Origin: Patescibacteria group bacterium
GTDB taxonomy: Bacteria; Patescibacteriota; Doudnabacteria; UBA920; O2-02-FULL-48-8
Reading direction: 5' to 3'
NCBI GenBank assembly: GCA_036278915.1
Contig: DASUKB010000001.1
Location: 301,186 to 365,185 of the forward strand
DNA: 64,000 nt
The notes under the pieces were generated by a model, which saw only the letters and a list, made by a program, of their open reading frames with translations, made no database searches and was not told the origin of the DNA. How positions within the stretch are numbered: the stretch's first letter is position 1; every line of letters begins with the position of its first letter. The position numbers were made by a program, and so were the translations under genes. Shown piece by piece: positions 28,382 to 38,229 of this stretch.

Positions 28382-29527
28382 TTATGCCGCCGGGGCGGTT
28401 TCTTCCGTCGCCAAACCATACCGATCACGGCCGACTTTTTGGAAAAACTTTTTGTTTGAAAGCCCCACCAAAATTGTGTTTCGTTTGACCTGGCGCCGCT
28501 TCTGGACTTCCGCAATGATTTCGTTGCGAGTCAGAGGCTTGGCGGATTGGGCCAAAACTTCGCGAATGACGTCTGCTACCACGCCTTTTTTGTAACCCCA
28601 TTCGGAAAGCGCGTAAATGCCGCGTCCGATAAGTACAAATCGTTCGTCTTTGATAAGTTCGTTGTGCACGGTTTCCTGAAATGCCGATCGGCCGTCAAAT
28701 TTGTGTTCATTTATAAGCCGTGTAATAGCCGAATAATGTTCCGGCTTCTGATGGTGGCGCAGAACCAAAAACGCCTTGTCGCCCACGTCGCGCGGCCGAA
28801 TCTCGTTCCAGTCCGAAAGGCCGATCTCCCCGAACGGGTTGGCCTGAATATGTTTGGAAATATTAAGGTAACTTTTGAGGACCTTGTCTGTGAGTTCCAA
28901 ATCGTGCTGTTTAAAATAATCTGAATCTTTAAATCTAGTATAGAGCTCGTCTTGAGGCATTGCTTTGCCAACTTGCTTAAGTATGGCCACAAAATTACCT
29001 ATAACTTCGGCTAAACGTTCCGGAGCAAATCCCACGACATACCAGGAGCTGTAATAATTCTCATCCTCGCGCATAAACTTGAATTGCTCGCCTAGGGAAA
29101 GTAAAAATTTCACGGCCTGCGCATCTTTGGTGGCCGATTTATTGTAAAGCAGAGTTTGGATAAGAAAATCTTCGGAAATTATATTGCCGTACTCCACAAT
29201 GCAGTCAAATACCAGCGATAGCGCGGCTTGAAGATTTTTATTTTTGGATTGCTTAAGCAGAGCGATGGAATCTTTTTCAATCTGGCGGACACGCTCGCGA
29301 GTTAAATTATTTTTCTTGCCTATGGCTTCCAAAGTCTCTATCGCTACTCCATCCAATCCAAAACGCTTGCTCAAAATGTCCTGGTCGCGGGTCTTTAGCA
29401 AATCCAAAAGTTCGCGTACCAAAGCTGCCGGTTCAAATTCGTTGATACCGGACAAAGTTTCGTTACCCATAATAGTGTCTAATATATTCGGAGCTTGGGC
29501 TTTTTCGTTTGTCTCATGATCCGCCAT
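28382..29527 (-). CDS. DNA-binding protein with sigma-70 region-4 HTH and C-terminal HARE-HTH-like domain. Start set at internal Met MADHETNEK
   Basis: LSKRFGLDG....TLEAIGKKNNLTRERVRQIEKDSI (sigma70 r4-like); C-terminal ...RFVLIGRGIYALSEWGY (HARE-HTH-like). Confidence 0.55.
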   Translation of the reverse strand: MADHETNEKAQAPNILDTIMGNETLSGINEFEPAALVRELLDLLKTRDQDILSKRFGLDGVAIETLEAIGKKNNLTRERVRQIEKDSIALLKQSKNKNLQAALSLVFDCIVEYGNIISEDFLIQTLLYNKSATKDAQAVKFLLSLGEQFKFMREDENYYSSWYVVGFAPERLAEVIGNFVAILKQVGKAMPQDELYTRFKDSDYFKQHDLELTDKVLKSYLNISKHIQANPFGEIGLSDWNEIRPRDVGDKAFLVLRHHQKPEHYSAITRLINEHKFDGRSAFQETVHNELIKDERFVLIGRGIYALSEWGYKKGVVADVIREVLAQSAKPLTRNEIIAEVQKRRQVKRNTILVGLSNKKFFQKVGRDRYGLATEETAPAA

Positions 29528-29602
29528 AGGTACATTTAGTATGGCACATATCCGGCAAGATGTCAAGGCTTGTGGATAAATTAAATATGCTAAAATTAAC
29601 TT

Positions 29603-29836
29603 ATGGAACGCACACGACAACCCAATTTAGATTTCGGTGACGAACCGGCTTTTGAGCCAGGGCAACCTCCGGAGGAAATCATCGATAATCCGGAAATTGA
29701 AGATAAGGACGATACCTACCCCGGCGAGCTTGAAGACTTCATAAGAATCTCTCGTCGCGATGGAATAAGTAAGGCCAAAGAAGAAACCAAACGCCGCCGC
29801 GAATACTACCGTAAGACCGGAAAAACTATAAATTAA
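29603..29836 (+). CDS. Small acidic hypothetical protein (77 aa)
   Basis: Divergent from the HTH gene; followed by terminator; Glu/Asp-rich. Confidence 0.4.
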   Translation: MERTRQPNLDFGDEPAFEPGQPPEEIIDNPEIEDKDDTYPGELEDFIRISRRDGISKAKEETKRRREYYRKTGKTIN

Positions 29837-29861
29837 AACCCGCCGATTAGGCGGGTTTTAA
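29835..29861. terminator. Bidirectional intrinsic terminator (small ORF + / secF -)
   Basis: ttaaAACCCGCCgattaGGCGGGTTttaa. Confidence 0.65.
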
Positions 29862-30761
29862 TTATTTGCGGCGGCGCAAGTCCCGATTATGCCAAATAAT
29901 GAGGATTGGCGAAGCGATGTAGATAGAAGAATAAGTGCCGGCAATAATTCCAACCAGCAACGCCAGCACAAAATAGCGTATCGTAACGCCGCCGAAGAGC
30001 AGCATGGCCAAAAGTACAAACGCCACAGTCAATGAGGTGTTCAACGAACGGATGAGCGTTTGATTTATGGATGAGTTGATAATTTCAGGTAAAGACGTGC
30101 CAGCGCGCAAGCGTAAATTCTCTCGGATGCGGTCAAAGACTACGATCGTATCGTGCACGGAAAATCCGAGCACGGTCAGCATTGCAGTCACAAACAGCGT
30201 GTCCACCTCCACTCCCAGGAAATGCCCGAGGAGTGAAAATACCCCCAAAACTATTACAAGATCGTGCAAGAGTGCGACTATAGCCGCCCAGCCGAATCGC
30301 CATGAAGATACAGGGCGCGTCACATGGCGGAAGGCAAATGCAATATAAAAGACGATAAACAGCGAAACTAGAACCAACATCCAGATGGCGCTGCTGCGCA
30401 GTTCTTTGCCAATGACTGGGCCGATAGACGTGTATTGCTGTTCGGTAATGTCCCCGAACTTGGCTTTAAGAGCGTCTAAAATTTTGTTGTGCTGGTCGCT
30501 ATCTATAGGACTGGTTCGGATATTGACGACATTTCCGCTTGCGGTCTGAACTTGCGCGCCGGCAGTACCCGCATCCGAGATGACCTGTTCTATGTCTGGT
30601 GCAGCGGGTACGGAACCTTGAAATTGTTCCTGCATAAGCGCTCCGCCGGTAAAATCAATGCCTGGTTTGAGTCCGTAAAGTGAAAGCGAAACTATAGCCG
30701 CGATCAAAAGAATCCCGGAAACTGCCATCCAAAATTTATAATATTTGATGATATTAAGCAT
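29862..30761 (-). CDS. secF: Protein translocase subunit SecF
   Basis: Six-TM SecF architecture; translationally coupled to secD. Confidence 0.85.
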   Translation of the reverse strand: MLNIIKYYKFWMAVSGILLIAAIVSLSLYGLKPGIDFTGGALMQEQFQGSVPAAPDIEQVISDAGTAGAQVQTASGNVVNIRTSPIDSDQHNKILDALKAKFGDITEQQYTSIGPVIGKELRSSAIWMLVLVSLFIVFYIAFAFRHVTRPVSSWRFGWAAIVALLHDLVIVLGVFSLLGHFLGVEVDTLFVTAMLTVLGFSVHDTIVVFDRIRENLRLRAGTSLPEIINSSINQTLIRSLNTSLTVAFVLLAMLLFGGVTIRYFVLALLVGIIAGTYSSIYIASPILIIWHNRDLRRRK

Positions 30762-32106
30762 TGGTTTGCTCCTCGCTCATCTTCGGCACGCCGTACAGGC
30801 CGTGATGGACCATAATGTTGTGACCAACCAGCATGCGCAGGAAGGTCCTGGTCACGGTGATGGCGGTAAACATAGAAACAATAATGCCCAACGCCAGGGT
30901 AATGGCAAATCCGCGCACGATGCTGGAGCCAAAATAGGCCAGGATAAATGTCGTTATTAAACTGGAAAAATTAGAATCGCGTACTGACAACCAGGCCCGA
31001 TTGAATCCGTCCTCTACCGCAAGCTTCAAGGTTTTTCCACGGCGCAATTCCTCTTTCATGCGTTCAAAGATCAAAATATTGGCATCCACAGCCATGCCGA
31101 TGGACAATATAAATCCTGCAATGCCTGCAAGGGTGAGAGTAATACCGACTATTTTAAAGATAGCCAAAGACAACAGCGTATAAATGGCCAAGGCAATGAC
31201 CGCCAAAAGTCCGGGCAGACGGTAATAAATGATCATAAACAGCGCGATGATGATAAAGCCGATAATCCCGGCTTCTAGCGATTTGTGCACCGAAGACAAA
31301 CCAAGCGTGGCGCCTACATCTTGCTGGGAAATCAAATGGATTGGCACAGGTAATGCTCCGGAATTAAGTCTTGTGACAAGTTCTTTGGCATCGGCCACGG
31401 TGAATTGGCCGGTGATAACAGCTTGGCCGTCTGTGATAGCTGTCTGCACCGTGGGAGCGGATAAAACCTGTCCATCTAAGAAAATTGCAACGGTTTTACC
31501 GATGTTGGCCTGTGTGATATCCGCAAAAAGCTTGGTGCCTTCCGCGTCAAACTGCAGTGTAATTTGAGGCGCGCCAGTGCGCTGGTCAAAATTTAGAGTA
31601 GCTTTTTTAAACTGCTTGCCTGTTAAACCAGTAGGTATGTACGCCTGGTCTGGATCAATGCTGACATTGCCATTTGCGTCGGGTGTCACTTCCGGTGGGT
31701 TGGGATTTTCAGTCCGGAATTCCAAAAATGGCGTTTGGCCAATGAGGTCTATGGCTTGATTTATATCTTTTACCCCTGGCAATTCTACGATCAAACGGTC
31801 GGAACCGGAGACCTGCACCACCGGTTCAGATACGCCAAAAGCATTGACCCGGCGTTCAATTACGTCCCGCGCCGAGTTCATGGCATCAGCTTGGTCTGTG
31901 GGTTGTATATCCGTTAAATCACCCTGGTACTCCAAAGAGGTTCCGCCCTGTAGATCCAGGCCGAGTTTAAGTTTAAACTGCTTTTCCCAGTTAATTTTGA
32001 TTGGTTTCAGGCTAATTTTGCTGCCAGATGGATAGTCAATGTAGCCAGCCACAACAGCCAACAACAGGATTCCAATAAAAGTAATGTAAAGTCCGCGTCT
32101 TCTCAT
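30754..32106 (-). CDS. secD: Protein translocase subunit SecD
   Basis: N-terminal TM, periplasmic domain (LGLDLQGG), C-terminal six-TM bundle. Confidence 0.85.
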   Translation of the reverse strand: MRRRGLYITFIGILLLAVVAGYIDYPSGSKISLKPIKINWEKQFKLKLGLDLQGGTSLEYQGDLTDIQPTDQADAMNSARDVIERRVNAFGVSEPVVQVSGSDRLIVELPGVKDINQAIDLIGQTPFLEFRTENPNPPEVTPDANGNVSIDPDQAYIPTGLTGKQFKKATLNFDQRTGAPQITLQFDAEGTKLFADITQANIGKTVAIFLDGQVLSAPTVQTAITDGQAVITGQFTVADAKELVTRLNSGALPVPIHLISQQDVGATLGLSSVHKSLEAGIIGFIIIALFMIIYYRLPGLLAVIALAIYTLLSLAIFKIVGITLTLAGIAGFILSIGMAVDANILIFERMKEELRRGKTLKLAVEDGFNRAWLSVRDSNFSSLITTFILAYFGSSIVRGFAITLALGIIVSMFTAITVTRTFLRMLVGHNIMVHHGLYGVPKMSEEQTNA

Positions 32107-32116
32107 TTGGTTAATC

Positions 32117-32180
32117 TACAATTTAGAACTCCCCTCTCATCGCAGGAGAGAGTCGGGAGTGAGGTATAAGTGGGTCGAGT
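32117..32180. repeat. GC-rich palindromic repeat element (copy B), intergenic
   Basis: tttagaactCCCCTCTCatcgcaGGAGAGAGTCGGGAGTGAGGTAT. Confidence 0.5.
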
Positions 32181-32239
32181 AAATGTTCCTTGCGCATTAT
32201 ATAGTAATTGGAAAATGTTTTCAACCCAAGGTTTCCTGG

Positions 32240-32827
32240 CTATTCCTCAAGTTTGGCAATGGCCACAAAACGCTGTTTAGCCGTGCCTACCGGATACGAA
32301 GTTTGCAAAGTCAAAATTTTCGCGCCATCGGTGGCCTGAGACATAACCCAAAGTTCAGTCGGTTCCACGACTTGGGTTTTCGTAACAACAAACCGCAATT
32401 GTCTTGTGCCCTGGCGGATGGTGATTTCGTCGCCAACGCGGATGTTCGGGAGATTTTTAAACACTTCATTAAAACTTCCCGGCGCATCTTTAAAGTTAGA
32501 TGAATGTCCTACAATGTAGGCATTCCCCACATCTCCGGGATTGGCAGTGCCAGCCAAATGCACGACCCCAGATTCCAAATCCTGTTGAATACCGGATTCG
32601 TTTGTTGCACTTGAATAAACTATCGGGGTGGAAATATTGAGCGCTGGAATTCCCAAAATATCATTGTTGGCAGAAATTTGCACCGACGACACCACGCTTG
32701 GAGGCATTGGAGCCCGCACCGGTAACAAGTTCTGCCAATGAAGCCCTACATAAATAATGCAAAAACCGCCTACCAGAAGAAGCGTCCATTTGCTTTGAGG
32801 CGTCAAGAAGTTTTTGCGTTTAGGCAT
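32240..32827 (-). CDS. Sortase-family protein with Ser replacing the catalytic Cys (TLQTS instead of TLxTC)
   Basis: N-terminal TM, conserved His (IVGHS), TLQTSYP motif region, downstream Arg; codon ACT TCG read directly. Confidence 0.65.
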   Translation of the reverse strand: MPKRKNFLTPQSKWTLLLVGGFCIIYVGLHWQNLLPVRAPMPPSVVSSVQISANNDILGIPALNISTPIVYSSATNESGIQQDLESGVVHLAGTANPGDVGNAYIVGHSSNFKDAPGSFNEVFKNLPNIRVGDEITIRQGTRQLRFVVTKTQVVEPTELWVMSQATDGAKILTLQTSYPVGTAKQRFVAIAKLEE

Positions 32828-33573
32828 TGCTGTTTATAATTTTCAGGCAATTGGTTGCAAACATTTATATAATCCTTGCTAAGCAAAGCGGATTTAAAAT
32901 TTGTTTCACCCTCTCCAGTGACATCATCGGCAAACACGCCGCTATAACAAATTTTGCGCGCATCGAAACTTGGATCAAGCAGATCGCAATCCTGAAGCGA
33001 CTTAAGCACGTTGTCCTGTTCGTATTCCATAATGCCATGTCCCAAACCCTGGCCGCACTGGTACCACTCGGCATAATTTTCCGACGGATTTGAATCGTCG
33101 TATACTCCGCAGGCAGTAGTCAGTGCTGTGCGCATATCGGATTGAGTAGAAATATATTCTTCCACAATGCCATGGTAATATCCAAAATAACATATCGGCA
33201 GATAGTATTGCGAGGCCGTCAAAACGGAACCGTAATAGTCTAGCGCGAGATTGCCGAGTTTGTGCGTAAGAGGATGGCAATTGGCCTGGGCGTAACCGCC
33301 CAGCGACTGCAGCGAATCGAGCAATTGCAAAGTTTGGCGGGCGTCGGTTGAACGCATATAATCATTGAGCACGTCCGAGTAGCATTCAAAAATAAATTCG
33401 TTTTGGCCGAGAGTTTCGCATTGACTATGAATTTGCTGCGCTGATTCAGAAGCCAAGTCACTCGCCGAGACCACGCCGGATTTGGCGGAACGCGACAAAC
33501 TCCATGATAGAAATCCAATGGCCAAAACCAAAGCAGATAGCACCGCAATCCCCGGTCTTGATTTAAAATCCAT
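32803..33573 (-). CDS. Cysteine-rich secreted/membrane-anchored hypothetical protein
   Basis: Signal/TM N-terminus; about 12 Cys in 256 aa; overlaps sortase gene start by 25 nt. Confidence 0.45.
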   Translation of the reverse strand: MDFKSRPGIAVLSALVLAIGFLSWSLSRSAKSGVVSASDLASESAQQIHSQCETLGQNEFIFECYSDVLNDYMRSTDARQTLQLLDSLQSLGGYAQANCHPLTHKLGNLALDYYGSVLTASQYYLPICYFGYYHGIVEEYISTQSDMRTALTTACGVYDDSNPSENYAEWYQCGQGLGHGIMEYEQDNVLKSLQDCDLLDPSFDARKICYSGVFADDVTGEGETNFKSALLSKDYINVCNQLPENYKQQCLNAKTS

Positions 33574-33589
33574 AATTAAATTATAGCAT

Positions 33590-34045
33590 TTAGATTTCCG
33601 GACTGTCCAAATACACGCCTTGCTGGGAAAGCGTTTGCTTGTCTGAATCCGAGATGTAAAGGGACAAAAGCTTTTCGTTGGTCACAAGATACGCCAACTC
33701 TTTGCCTTGTTTGGTGAATTTAGGATCAGCAAGTCCGTTAAATAACTTTCCGGTGCCCGTAAAGAGGAGGGAAGCTTGATTAAAAAGTTGTCTGGTGTGT
33801 TCAGTTAAATTAAAAACAAGTTCGTGCTCGCCTATATCGGCTATATCTTCTGCTTGCAACAGCTTCAAAAACTTTTTTAATCCTCGGGAGTGTCCCGATC
33901 CCAACACCGACAGCCAGCTTGACCCCATGCGCTGCAAGCAAACCTGGTCTGCGGCACGCAACAAATACTCACGCAAGATCGCTTCAGCCCTGCGCGCCTC
34001 TTTACCATTCATCAGGTTAAAGGCCACTTGGCATACGGTTTCCAT
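33590..34045 (-). CDS. Hypothetical protein
   Basis: 151-aa ORF, no recognisable motif. Confidence 0.4.
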   Translation of the reverse strand: METVCQVAFNLMNGKEARRAEAILREYLLRAADQVCLQRMGSSWLSVLGSGHSRGLKKFLKLLQAEDIADIGEHELVFNLTEHTRQLFNQASLLFTGTGKLFNGLADPKFTKQGKELAYLVTNEKLLSLYISDSDKQTLSQQGVYLDSPEI

Positions 34046-34122
34046 ACTGGATAGTAAAAACCCGGCTAATTTTCATAAGGCTATCACAAAACAAAGCGCC
34101 AGTCCACGGCGGGCTGCCTTGT

Positions 34123-34674
34123 TCATTGCATCTGTGGTTTCAAAAGAGGCGTAAATTTCAGACGTAATTTGGCAATTTTGGGACTTATGACAAGTTGGCA
34201 ATAAGGTTTGCTTGAATTATTCTCATAATATCTTTGATGATAGCTTTCGGCCGGCCAAAACTGACCTAGCTTTGTGACTTCGGTCACGACCGGATTATCA
34301 AAAACTTTATCCGATTCCAACTTTCGGATAAACTCCTCCGTTGTGTTCTTCTGTAAGTCGTTTGCATAAAATATGGCTGATCTGTATTGCGTGCCCACAT
34401 CGTTCCCTTGCCGATTCAAAGTTGTAGGGTCGTGCGTGGCAAAAAATACATTCAGCAGATCTTTGTACTTGATGATGCCTGGGTCAAACTCTATCCGGAG
34501 GGATTCCACGTGTCCTGTTGTGCCTTCCGAAACTTCCTCGTAAGTCGGATTTGCAATGTGCCCGCCAGTGTAGCCAGACTCAACTGATGCCACACCGCGC
34601 AAGCGAGTGAAGATTGCTTCGGTGCACCAAAAACATCCTCCGCCAAAAACTGCGATTTCCAAATTATTTTCCAT
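34123..34674 (-). CDS. msrA: Peptide methionine sulfoxide reductase MsrA
   Basis: GGGCFWC active-site motif. Confidence 0.9.
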   Translation of the reverse strand: MENNLEIAVFGGGCFWCTEAIFTRLRGVASVESGYTGGHIANPTYEEVSEGTTGHVESLRIEFDPGIIKYKDLLNVFFATHDPTTLNRQGNDVGTQYRSAIFYANDLQKNTTEEFIRKLESDKVFDNPVVTEVTKLGQFWPAESYHQRYYENNSSKPYCQLVISPKIAKLRLKFTPLLKPQMQ

Positions 34675-34722
34675 AAAATTTCTCGGTACGTACGTGGTAC
34701 GTACCGAGCTCTCACTTGGCTC

Positions 34723-35118
34723 TTACTTTTTTTCCAAAACCAAACACGCAGAATTTATGCAATAATGCTTTCCATTTGGCGAATCCGCGTCTTCAAATAG
34801 ATGTCCCAGATGGGAGCCGCAGTTCTTGCAAATTACCTCCACGCGGTGCGTGCCCATAAAATTATCATCTCGCAATTCGACGTGTTCAAGATTCACCGGG
34901 TCGCTGAATGCCGGCCAGCCGCGCAAACCCGGCGCCGTGGACTCAAATTTCGTGTCGGAAGAAAACAACTCCTGTCCGCACACGCGGCAACGATACATGC
35001 CGGACTCATCAGTTGCTACGTACTCGCCGCTGAACGGAGCTTCGGTGGCGCCGTGGCGCAAAATTTCATACTGCTCCGGCGTCAATTTTTTCTTTAATTC
35101 CTCTTCATTAACCTGCAT
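34723..35118 (-). CDS. msrB: Peptide methionine (R)-S-oxide reductase MsrB
   Basis: CxxC...CxxC zinc site plus HLGHLF catalytic region. Confidence 0.9.
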   Translation of the reverse strand: MQVNEEELKKKLTPEQYEILRHGATEAPFSGEYVATDESGMYRCRVCGQELFSSDTKFESTAPGLRGWPAFSDPVNLEHVELRDDNFMGTHRVEVICKNCGSHLGHLFEDADSPNGKHYCINSACLVLEKK

Positions 35119-35130
35119 TTGTTTTCCTTT

Positions 35131-35185
35131 CGTTTAGAACTCCTCTCTCCTTTTAAGGAGAGGGGCTGGCGGAGAGGTATTAGCC
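35131..35185. repeat. GC-rich palindromic repeat element (copy C), intergenic
   Basis: tttagaactCCTCTCTCCttttaaGGAGAGGGGctggcGGAGAGGTATTA. Confidence 0.5.
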
Positions 35186-35635
35186 GCCTCCTAATTTTTT
35201 AATAATTCCAAATTCATTTTTACTCACCGGATGAACGGAAAGCCTGGGAATTTTAAATAAGCTCATCTGCTTCAAACCTTTATTTAATTTAATCTTATCC
35301 AGTGTTATCGGCACTTTAAATTTTTTAACGAAGGCTATCTCCACCGCGACCCAAGGGTTTCTGTCCTTGGTGGCCTTCGGGTCGAAATACTCGCTTTTCG
35401 TATCCAGCGCCGAATCGTCCGGCAATCCGACTTTGGTAATTTTGCCAATCCCCACTACTCCAGTTTCGCGCGCCATGGAATGATAAAACAAAAACAAATC
35501 TCCCGACTTCATTTCGTCACGCATAATGTTGCGAGCGCGAAAGTTTCGGATATTATCCCAAATTGTTTTGCGGTCGCGCGCCAAATCATCTATGGAATAG
35601 CTCTCTGGTTCAGATTTCAATAGCCAATAGTTCAT
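35180..35635 (-). CDS. EVE (PUA-like) domain protein
   Basis: MNYWLLKSEP..Y.......W..., LF.YHS pattern typical of EVE domain. Confidence 0.75.
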   Translation of the reverse strand: MNYWLLKSEPESYSIDDLARDRKTIWDNIRNFRARNIMRDEMKSGDLFLFYHSMARETGVVGIGKITKVGLPDDSALDTKSEYFDPKATKDRNPWVAVEIAFVKKFKVPITLDKIKLNKGLKQMSLFKIPRLSVHPVSKNEFGIIKKLGGG

Positions 35636-35695
35636 TCCGTTTAGAAATAATGATTTATACAGTCATTTTAGGGCAAAGGCATAGAAAAATAAAGC

Positions 35696-35836
35696 TTACG
35701 TTAAGTCAAACCCAGCCTTGTTCAGATATACGGCAAAAATGGCAAACAAAACCAAAACAAAAAAAGCAAAGAAACTGCCAATCAAAAGCTTGTGCAGCGC
35801 TAAACCTACAAAGATGATCGCGGCAATGATCCACAT
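35696..35836 (-). CDS. Possible small two-TM membrane peptide (46 aa)
   Basis: MWIIAAIIFVGLALHKLLIGSFFAFFVLVLFAIFAVYLNKAGFDLT; below the ORF-track cutoff; no SD. Confidence 0.25.
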   Translation of the reverse strand: MWIIAAIIFVGLALHKLLIGSFFAFFVLVLFAIFAVYLNKAGFDLT

Positions 35837-35880
35837 CCAAAGAGTCTAACAGCCACGCTTAAACTTGCAATTGTGCTAAT

Positions 35881-36471
35881 CTACTGAAGCCAATTGGTCT
35901 GTTCCCTGCCGGTACTTAACGATGTCACAGTGCAGACTCCCCAGAGACCTTGTTTTGCTGCTTTGGCCTCCGCTTCGTCTGCATTGAACAGATCCTGCTT
36001 GCCAATGTCTGGCTTATAAGGATAAGAGAACGCAAAACCTCCTTTGACCAATTCTTCGTTGACCATAGTGCCGTCTTCCAAATACACGAAGCCGAGCCAG
36101 CGGCCGTATTTGTCGTACGTGGAAACATCTTTTTGGAATGTGATTGTGTGCCCCTCCACCAACTCGCGGTTGCGCTCCGCTGCCTCGCGCGCGTAGCATT
36201 GCACGCCTGGCTTCTGCGGATCCACCTCTTCTGGCGTGTCTATGCCTATGTAGCGCAAGCGTTCGCCGTTTATAAGCTCTATTGTGTCGCCGTCCACCAC
36301 GCGCGCAATTTTAATCGGCTGCCCAGGGATTGTTTTGATTGATTTATCAAGTTGGATCTGCGACGTGCCGCTGACTTGCTCTTTGGGCGAAGGTATAGCG
36401 TGCTGTTTGGAATAAATTGCAAAAACTATAAGCGCCAGCCCAACGATAATAGAATAAATCTGTTTTTTCAT
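35881..36471 (-). CDS. Membrane-anchored thermonuclease (SNase-like) family nuclease
   Basis: VVDGDTIEL...R..GIDTPE, GRWLGFVYL motifs. Confidence 0.75.
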   Translation of the reverse strand: MKKQIYSIIVGLALIVFAIYSKQHAIPSPKEQVSGTSQIQLDKSIKTIPGQPIKIARVVDGDTIELINGERLRYIGIDTPEEVDPQKPGVQCYAREAAERNRELVEGHTITFQKDVSTYDKYGRWLGFVYLEDGTMVNEELVKGGFAFSYPYKPDIGKQDLFNADEAEAKAAKQGLWGVCTVTSLSTGREQTNWLQ

Positions 36472-36474
36472 ATT

Positions 36475-38190
36475 TTACCAGCTTCCTCCTCCGCCGCCGC
36501 CGAACCCGCCGCCCGAAAATCCCCCGCCACCAAACCCAGAACCACCTGCACCGGCGCTGTGAGTTGACGCGGCCACTGCTGTGTTGAAGTTCGAATTGAA
36601 ATTTGAAATCGCGCTGTTGAAAATCAAAAAGTTAAAATAGGCTTGGGTCGGATCCGCATACCACGACGGACGATAATCAAACAAACCTTCAAACTTTTTG
36701 GCCCAAGCTTCGGATACGCCAAGTGCCATGGCGTACGGCAGTAATTTTTCAAACAGTTGCGGATTCTTTTCTGGATCATTGTGAAAATTAAGCCGATCTT
36801 TTTCCGCCACAGACAAGTACTCCTTCAGACCCAGAACCAATTGCTTGGTATCCGCGCCCTTCTGCGTTTTGCGCGGCATAAAGTAGCCAAAAATTATGAC
36901 AATCAATCCAGATAAAGCTAAAGAGAATGTGGTAGACCACTGGACATGATCGGATAAGAAAAACAAGATTAGAAACACCGCGACCCCGGCCCCGATCATA
37001 TACTCTCCACGCAGGATGCCTGGATTTTTGGTAAAGTAGCCGTCGGCTGTAAGCTTTACGGCAACTTTGCCTGCTTCAAGTGATGACTGGCTGACACTGG
37101 CTTGGGATTTGAGTTCGGACAAAAGCACTTCGTCGCCAAATGAAAACAGTTTCGACAACAGTTTGCGGTCAAATTCGTTTGGCAAATCCGCTTCCGATTT
37201 GAGTTTGTTGAGTTTAAAATCCTCGTGGCCAAAAATTCCAACCTTGGGAATCCGCTCTATCTTAAGATAACCTAAAGTCGCCAAGTAAATAATTTCCGCC
37301 GAGATATCGAAGTTCTGCGTGCGTTCATCGACTAGATATCCGACCTCCACAGGCGTGAGGCCATTCGGCGTCTCATACTGGGCCACTACCGGTATGCTTG
37401 GTTTGGGATCGCGCCCGCGGACGCGCCACAGAGACCACATAAGAAACAGTACCAGCACGGGAAGCAAAAAAATAATATTGTCAGTAATTGTTTTTCCCAA
37501 AACCTGCCAACGCGTAGGCTGGTAGACCGCGCCTTTGGGCATGCTTATGACCACTGTGAAAGCCTGGCCAGGCGCTACGGATTGGCTGCTGAATGAATAG
37601 CTGTCGCCGTACGTGTTGATGTTTAAACAAGGTTGAGTGGACCCTATCGCCCCCCAGAAACAAGAGGCTTTTGCCTGGGATGTCACCGTACCCGGCGGCA
37701 GTTTTACATCCGCTCCCGGACCTCCTATGGGAACCGTCCATCCGGAGCCAACCACGTTCCAGTAAAACTCATCGTGATCGGAAAAATAATTTATGGCGCC
37801 GCGGACTGTGTAGCGGATTCTATAATCATGGACGCCAGTGACATACGTGTCCGGATCCCCTATTTTGATTTCGTAATTTCCGTTCGTCTTGCTGCTGGTG
37901 AATTCGTATGGGTTTTCCGAAAAATCATTCACCGAAACGTCGCTTATGCTTATATTGTAATTAATGCCGTTGCGGCTGTATTTGTATGGGATATCGCGAA
38001 AAATTCCGTGGTGTTGCTCGGATCCAAAATTATACGCGATATTTTCCACGACGCTTACGGAAGCGTCTTTGTTTATGGCAAATTTCGCGTCGATAGCCTG
38101 AACCTGTTCGGAATTGGTCTGCGCATGCACTGGCAGCCAGAGCACCAGGCCCAAACCTATGGAAATGATAAGCTTTTTCATATTAGACAA
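36475..38190 (-). CDS. DUF2207-like membrane protein with Gly-rich C-terminus
   Basis: Signal peptide, large extracellular domain, TM helices, C-terminal GGGGFSGGGFGGGGGG. Confidence 0.65.
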   Translation of the reverse strand: MSNMKKLIISIGLGLVLWLPVHAQTNSEQVQAIDAKFAINKDASVSVVENIAYNFGSEQHHGIFRDIPYKYSRNGINYNISISDVSVNDFSENPYEFTSSKTNGNYEIKIGDPDTYVTGVHDYRIRYTVRGAINYFSDHDEFYWNVVGSGWTVPIGGPGADVKLPPGTVTSQAKASCFWGAIGSTQPCLNINTYGDSYSFSSQSVAPGQAFTVVISMPKGAVYQPTRWQVLGKTITDNIIFLLPVLVLFLMWSLWRVRGRDPKPSIPVVAQYETPNGLTPVEVGYLVDERTQNFDISAEIIYLATLGYLKIERIPKVGIFGHEDFKLNKLKSEADLPNEFDRKLLSKLFSFGDEVLLSELKSQASVSQSSLEAGKVAVKLTADGYFTKNPGILRGEYMIGAGVAVFLILFFLSDHVQWSTTFSLALSGLIVIIFGYFMPRKTQKGADTKQLVLGLKEYLSVAEKDRLNFHNDPEKNPQLFEKLLPYAMALGVSEAWAKKFEGLFDYRPSWYADPTQAYFNFLIFNSAISNFNSNFNTAVAASTHSAGAGGSGFGGGGFSGGGFGGGGGGSW

Positions 38191-38229
38191 TTAGTTAACG
38201 TAAGCATATCATATATAACAGTTCTTTTC

